Virus record (IMG/VR): IMGVR_UViG_3300032303_003166 | Location: 29,584-93,583 of that record | From: a virus | Lineage: Duplodnaviria > Caudoviricetes | Direction: 5' to 3' (one strand) | DNA length: 64,000 nt | Shown here: positions 59,426 to 64,000 of the stretch, piece after piece | How the letters are laid out: every line of letters begins with the position of its first letter | How positions within the stretch are numbered: position 1 is the stretch's first letter | Made by a program: the position numbers and the translations under genes | The notes under the pieces: model-generated | Databases searched by the model: none | Told to the model about the DNA's origin: nothing | Seen by the model: the letters and a program-made list of their open reading frames with translations, nothing else

Positions 59426-60073
59426 TTAATCCCATAAATTTCTATAATACTTTACAAATAACTCCATGCCATCATTATATTTTTTTTCGCATTCTGCTTG
59501 AAAGTCATATGAATTATAATTTTTTGGTGGGTTATTTGACATGCGTCCACTTATTCTATTCTTATACACAAACTTCATTTCATAAAGATCTTCATCTTTT
59601 TCTTTTATTTTCTCTATTGAGATGTCATAATCACAATGCTCATCAGAGATCATGTTCTTAAAGAATCTCCAGGACAGAAAATCTCTACACCAGGGATAGA
59701 CTTTACGAGTCCAGATCCAGAAATAAAATCTTTCGTCTTGACTTTCAATCATCCAGGCATTGAAAATTTCTTCTTGAAGAACCCAAAAATGAGCAAATCT
59801 AATTTTGGAAATTATGTCTCGCCATTCTTCTATTGTGGAAATATTTGAAGGATATCCGTTTGTTTTTTTACCAAACTCATAACTCATTATAAGAAATTTT
59901 CTAGATAGCGCTGAGTCCATGGACCAACTATCACTGTATCTAACACCATCATTTAATAAGAAAGTATAAAGCTTTTTAAGTCCATTATGAAAAATAAAAT
60001 CTGTAAAAGCTCTCCATAGAGCTCCTGGTCTATATTTTAACCACCATTGCAAATATCCTAAACTAAACTTCAT
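59426..60073 (-). CDS. hypothetical protein
   Basis: 215 aa; WSMD...GYP...GMELFVKYYRNLWD resembles common phage hypotheticals. Confidence 0.6.
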   Translation of the reverse strand: MKFSLGYLQWWLKYRPGALWRAFTDFIFHNGLKKLYTFLLNDGVRYSDSWSMDSALSRKFLIMSYEFGKKTNGYPSNISTIEEWRDIISKIRFAHFWVLQEEIFNAWMIESQDERFYFWIWTRKVYPWCRDFLSWRFFKNMISDEHCDYDISIEKIKEKDEDLYEMKFVYKNRISGRMSNNPPKNYNSYDFQAECEKKYNDGMELFVKYYRNLWD

Positions 60074-60074
60074 A

Positions 60075-60251
60075 TTAACTCTTTTGTATATTAAAATACA
60101 TGTCTTCTATTGCTTGTTGAAAACCTTTCATATATTCATACCAGTCATGATTGGCTGGCATATCCATATATGCAGCGTCATATCCTGATTCAAATGTGTC
60201 ATCATAACCTTCATCAATCAATTGCTGTAGGTATTCTTTTTTTATCTTCAT
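60075..60251 (-). CDS. 58-aa hypothetical protein (not in ORF track)
   Basis: MKIKKEYLQQLIDEGY... fills the gap between neighbouring genes. Confidence 0.5.
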   Translation of the reverse strand: MKIKKEYLQQLIDEGYDDTFESGYDAAYMDMPANHDWYEYMKGFQQAIEDMYFNIQKS

Positions 60252-60599
60252 TTAAAGAATTTCTTTGCCAGTTGGAATCTTTGCAAGTGGGTCTTTATCT
60301 CCATAAAAACCAATATAAAAATCTAGATACATATAGTTATACTTGTCCTCTATGGTGTTCCAGGCTTCAGCCATTGTTCCACCCCAGGATCTCATGCTGG
60401 CTTGCCACACTTTTCCATCGTTAAATAGCGGAACGCCATGCTCATGCTGTTGATGAGTATTACCATCAAATCTATATTTGTTTTTTACAATACAATCAAT
60501 GACTGCATCTTCATATTCTCGTGTTTGATCTCGATATATGGCCTCATCAGACCATTTAATCCAATCAACCACCTGAATCTTCTCGTCACTCTTTTCCAT
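60252..60599 (-). CDS. hypothetical protein
   Basis: Start moved to MEKS, downstream of the terminator and GTTATATT motif. Confidence 0.55.
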   Translation of the reverse strand: MEKSDEKIQVVDWIKWSDEAIYRDQTREYEDAVIDCIVKNKYRFDGNTHQQHEHGVPLFNDGKVWQASMRSWGGTMAEAWNTIEDKYNYMYLDFYIGFYGDKDPLAKIPTGKEIL

Positions 60600-60631
60600 A
60601 TGGCGCCGCCCTGCTTGCTTTATAATATAAC

Positions 60632-60659
60632 AAAAAAGGACTGGTTTCACCCAGTCCTT
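60632..60659 (-). terminator. intrinsic terminator
   Basis: AAGGACTGG-GTGAAA-CCAGTCCTT followed by TTTT. Confidence 0.75.
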
Positions 60660-60681
60660 AAAACTTTTTTAAATAAATCTT

Positions 60682-60978
60682 TTAATCGTTATTGTCATCT
60701 TCTTCGTTATTTTCATCTTCTTCGTTATCATTATACTTCAAATAGGATTTGATAGTTTCCATAGCCTCATGAGCTAGAGCAATCTTTTCTACAACCCATG
60801 CTTCAACACCGTTATCAACATTAATTTCTCCGCTAAGCATCATGTCCAATACTTCTTGAGTGTTGTCACAAAGAGCGTTAAGATTTCCTAGGACCATTCC
60901 TACTTCTTCTTCAACATGCTCTCTGGGAGTTTGCTCTTCTTGTAGTCTTCTTACCTGATTAAAATTTAAACTTTTCAT
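60682..60978 (-). CDS. acidic putative head protein
   Basis: Late motif upstream, LQE site, EAWVVEKIALA. Confidence 0.5.
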   Translation of the reverse strand: MKSLNFNQVRRLQEEQTPREHVEEEVGMVLGNLNALCDNTQEVLDMMLSGEINVDNGVEAWVVEKIALAHEAMETIKSYLKYNDNEEDENNEEDDNND

Positions 60979-61039
60979 AGTTATACCCTCTATATTGTAT
61001 ATTTAGTAACGATTGTATTATTTTGTCTACTAATTAAGT

Positions 61040-61597
61040 ATGATCCGGCTTATAATGCTGCAGATCTTGGCAGTGTTATTTGTGCTATACACAGCAGAAG
61101 CCCAAGATTTGCCATACCCGCTCAAAAAACCCTCTCCAGTTACTTCACCGTTTGGTGATAGAAAGAATCCACTAGGAAGTGGAGCCGGTTTTCATAGCGG
61201 TATAGATCTAGGAGTGCCAACTGGAACTAGTGTTTTTGCTGTTGGCAATGGAACAGTTGTTTCATGTTATCCACCACCAAGTAAGCGATTTAAAGGTGAT
61301 CTTGTATTTGGTGGAATGCTGGTTCTTAAAACTAAATATCGCGGAATTAACGTCTACGTCCTTTATGGTCATTTAAGTGGTGTGTATGTGCATGAGGGTC
61401 AGAGTGTAAACTCTGGACAGATCATTGGAAGTACAGGAAAAACCGGTGAAGCAACCGGTCCACATTTGCATTTTCAGATCATGCTAGATCCAATTGAAGC
61501 ACTTGACTTCTATAGCAATCTGCTGGATACTCCCGGAGTACGAGACTTCACAGGTATTCCACCAGTTCCTAAGATTCCTAACGCTTCCTTAAAATGA
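61040..61597 (+). CDS. M23-family peptidase with N-terminal signal peptide
   Basis: HSGID, YGHL, TGPHLHF; hydrophobic N-terminus ending AEA. Confidence 0.9.
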   Translation: MIRLIMLQILAVLFVLYTAEAQDLPYPLKKPSPVTSPFGDRKNPLGSGAGFHSGIDLGVPTGTSVFAVGNGTVVSCYPPPSKRFKGDLVFGGMLVLKTKYRGINVYVLYGHLSGVYVHEGQSVNSGQIIGSTGKTGEATGPHLHFQIMLDPIEALDFYSNLLDTPGVRDFTGIPPVPKIPNASLK

Positions 61598-61710
61598 AAA
61601 CACAAGTGGTCTTTTTAATAGATTGAAAAAATAAAACTTATAGGCTTTTGTTCCAGCTTTGCTGGAAACAATAAGATAACTAGGCTTCATTATAAATTAG
61701 TTTATGACGT

Positions 61711-61929
61711 CTACCACTGGTCTGAGTCGTTTCTTTCTCTAACAAATTTAGATTTAATATCCTCGGCCTGCTCTAGCATAGCCTTTAGAACCTCAGCAGC
61801 TCTTTTAGGCGGATACTTTTGATCTGTTAAAAGTATGTGTAAAACCTCTTCTGCTGTAATCTTTTTGGCCGCCAACTTCTTAACTAACGCATCTCGTGTC
61901 TTGGCCTCTGACAAATAGTTCTTCATCAT
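61711..61929 (-). CDS. hypothetical protein
   Basis: Small-gene cluster. Confidence 0.45.
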   Translation of the reverse strand: MMKNYLSEAKTRDALVKKLAAKKITAEEVLHILLTDQKYPPKRAAEVLKAMLEQAEDIKSKFVRERNDSDQW

Positions 61930-61936
61930 TTGGGTT

Positions 61937-62206
61937 TTACCACTCTGTTCTTACATAGACTTCAACGCCGTATCGCTCTGCTAATTTATCATAAACAAAC
62001 TCGCATAGGTGATATGCGTCTGGAGAAGCCTCGTCAATAATGACTTCTATGCTTTTATCTTCTTCGGGATAAATGGTAGAAATATGTCTCACCTCATTGC
62101 ATTTAAGGTCACCCCAATTAATAGCGTCCATGCTAAAGTCCTCTTTATAAAGGGATGCTTCCTTGAGTATGCTGTTCACTGCGTCAGCTATTTCTTGTCC
62201 TGTCAT
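61937..62206 (-). CDS. hypothetical protein
   Basis: GGAGG RBS, ATGA coupling. Confidence 0.55.
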   Translation of the reverse strand: MTGQEIADAVNSILKEASLYKEDFSMDAINWGDLKCNEVRHISTIYPEEDKSIEVIIDEASPDAYHLCEFVYDKLAERYGVEVYVRTEW

Positions 62207-62562
62207 TTTGGTTCTGCCTCCTTGGCTTTCACTATCTTGCGAGCCATGTCCCAGGTGTTGATGAGATTTAAATGATTGACTGGATTGTTTACACAGTAAC
62301 CATTAATGATAGCAATAGCAATGCTATCTACAAGATTTTCTTCACGCAATCCTTCTTGTCGTCTATACATCTCTAGCATCTCATCAATGTTATCTTTGGG
62401 GTTGTACGGAGCAACTGGAGCATCAGTTACACTGGCAATAGCGCCCTCAAAATACTTGGTGACAGACTCAAAGTCTTTCATACGGCCACCCATAAACAGG
62501 TTCTCAGTGTCTGCCTTTAGAGCGATTAGCGACTCCTCAGTAATCCATAATCCACGACTCAT
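62203..62562 (-). CDS. hypothetical protein
   Basis: AAGGAG RBS. Confidence 0.55.
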   Translation of the reverse strand: MSRGLWITEESLIALKADTENLFMGGRMKDFESVTKYFEGAIASVTDAPVAPYNPKDNIDEMLEMYRRQEGLREENLVDSIAIAIINGYCVNNPVNHLNLINTWDMARKIVKAKEAEPK

Positions 62563-62725
62563 TTGGTTTCTCCTTTAACTTTTTCCCGCCCATATACTGG
62601 TATCCAATACTTTAATAGTCTTTCTGTATATTTCATAGGTTTGGATACCTGCCAGCCATTTGCGTAGTAGAACTCTTGAATTTCTAAATCTTCATCGTCA
62701 GTCAACATGTTCCATTCTGCGTATA

Positions 62726-63070
62726 TCATACAACCACCGTACCAACCTTTCCCTTTCGGATATCACTTGCAAGCTTTTCCATACCAGCAACAATCTGTGC
62801 TGGTGTTACTTGTTCCCAAGAGAGGTTACCTTGACCAATCTGGTACTCTTTCATCCGTGTCTCTTGAACAATATTTAAAAGGTCACTGAAAGGTTCTCTA
62901 CGAAAATCTATGCTTCTGCCATGACGAGCAACATTACCGCACTGAAGTTCTCCATCATCTCCATAAATATGGCACTTACCATTATCTTCATGGTTGATAG
63001 CCAGATATACTCTGGCATTCCATTGTTCTAGTTCTGTAAGAGGTGGTGGTGTATCTTTATGCATTTTCAA
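62726..63070 (-). CDS. hypothetical protein
   Basis: H....IYGDDGELQC motif; part of the small-gene cluster. Confidence 0.5.
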   Translation of the reverse strand: MKMHKDTPPPLTELEQWNARVYLAINHEDNGKCHIYGDDGELQCGNVARHGRSIDFRREPFSDLLNIVQETRMKEYQIGQGNLSWEQVTPAQIVAGMEKLASDIRKGKVGTVVV

Positions 63071-63211
63071 CAGTTTCTCTCAGTTGTCTAACCATTTCTG
63101 TTGCGTCATTCAGATGAGTCCACATATACTCTGAATCATCACCCATTGCTGAGGATAGGCTATACAGTGTCTTTTCAATTTCACACAACTTATCATAGAT
63201 AAAATCTTGGT

Positions 63212-63628
63212 TCATTTTCCTTCCCATCCTTTTAATATAACCTCAAGCTCCCTGTATACCCAACCAGCAACTTCTACATCGGGACGAATACGTTCCATAA
63301 GACGGCGTAGCTGGTTGCTGGGCGAGTCTTGCTGCAATGCCTCCAGCTCGCCTGTACTGGGTTCGTACATCCAGTGAGTAAGCTGAATACCCATATCATT
63401 AGTGTAGCTTTCATCTAGCGGTTCATATTCACCACCGCTAAACTGAATGAACAAGAAGACAGGCTTTAGACTGGTAGCATGCTCACCATACAATCCATGG
63501 TCCACATGGTAACCACCCTGCCCGTTGTTAAAATCAAATCGGTCAAACATGGCACCAATGACTGGGACTGCGTGTTTCCCCTCAGGAATCTCAGGCAGGT
63601 CTTCTTTCACGGATATCCATTCACTCAT
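63212..63628 (-). CDS. DUF551-like protein
   Basis: MSEWISVKEDLP...THWM. Confidence 0.65.
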   Translation of the reverse strand: MSEWISVKEDLPEIPEGKHAVPVIGAMFDRFDFNNGQGGYHVDHGLYGEHATSLKPVFLFIQFSGGEYEPLDESYTNDMGIQLTHWMYEPSTGELEALQQDSPSNQLRRLMERIRPDVEVAGWVYRELEVILKGWEGK

Positions 63629-63816
63629 TTTGTTTCATCCAACTTGCCCAACTTTTCTTTCAAGCTCTCACGAGCATGAATCATGCTAGGACCTTGACCT
63701 ACAGGAAACTCTTTGTCTACTAAACCAGTATTCCCAACAGAGAAGTGATTATAAGTCATTGCTTTCCAGTTATCTCCTTCCTGCCATAGTACATAAATCT
63801 CATTTGGATTAATCAT
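63625..63816 (-). CDS. hypothetical protein
   Basis: AAGGA RBS, ATGA coupling. Confidence 0.5.
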   Translation of the reverse strand: MINPNEIYVLWQEGDNWKAMTYNHFSVGNTGLVDKEFPVGQGPSMIHARESLKEKLGKLDETK

Positions 63817-64000
63817 TTTTCTACTTCCTTTACCAGTGACGTATCACACCCAATATGATTGTTATGTTGGTAATAATATAACACAAAACGATGAGAGTTC
63901 TAAATACTCCAATAATATCACTCTCGCGATCTGAGTCTCCGGCTTTCTGACCTAGAGCCAGAGCCCAGAGTCTCCAGAGCTTTTTCAACTTCATTGCAAC

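Noticed and set aside
60230-60255. Programmed -1 frameshift at an A-run
   Set aside because: On recount, the seven A's keep ATG AAG ATA AAA AAA GAA in frame; it is an ordinary 58-aa ORF.
63925-63985. Short GAGTCTCC/AGAGCC repeats at the window end
   Set aside because: Too short and truncated by the window edge to interpret.
1-64000. Stop-codon reassignment
   Set aside because: Long intact ORFs and dense packing under the standard code; TAA, TAG and TGA all terminate recognisable genes.

Overview
A 64-kb slice of a large AT-rich, T4-like (myovirus-type) phage genome, read in the standard genetic code with genes on both strands. It contains head and packaging genes (large terminase, neck protein, acidic putative core proteins) and a contractile-tail block (terminator, sheath, three tube-like proteins, baseplate, fibres). 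It also has lysis genes and replication/nucleotide genes (primase, SNF2 helicase, 5'-3' exonuclease, Mre11-like nuclease, ThyX, dCMP deaminase, NMP kinase, and a T4 gp42-like dCMP-modifying enzyme). The most unusual observations are: (1) a 116-nt tmRNA-like RNA with an intact Ala-acceptor tRNA-like domain but no tag-coding domain, directly after a degenerate tRNA-Met(CAT); (2) a family-A DNA polymerase split into two genes ~31 kb apart, whose junction ends look like a catalytically dead half-intein; (3) a compact cobalamin riboswitch whose kissing loop covers the RBS of a DUF6580-type membrane transporter; (4) two recurrent promoter motifs that imply many leaderless mRNAs. All family calls come from visual motif recognition; no database searches or folding programs were run.
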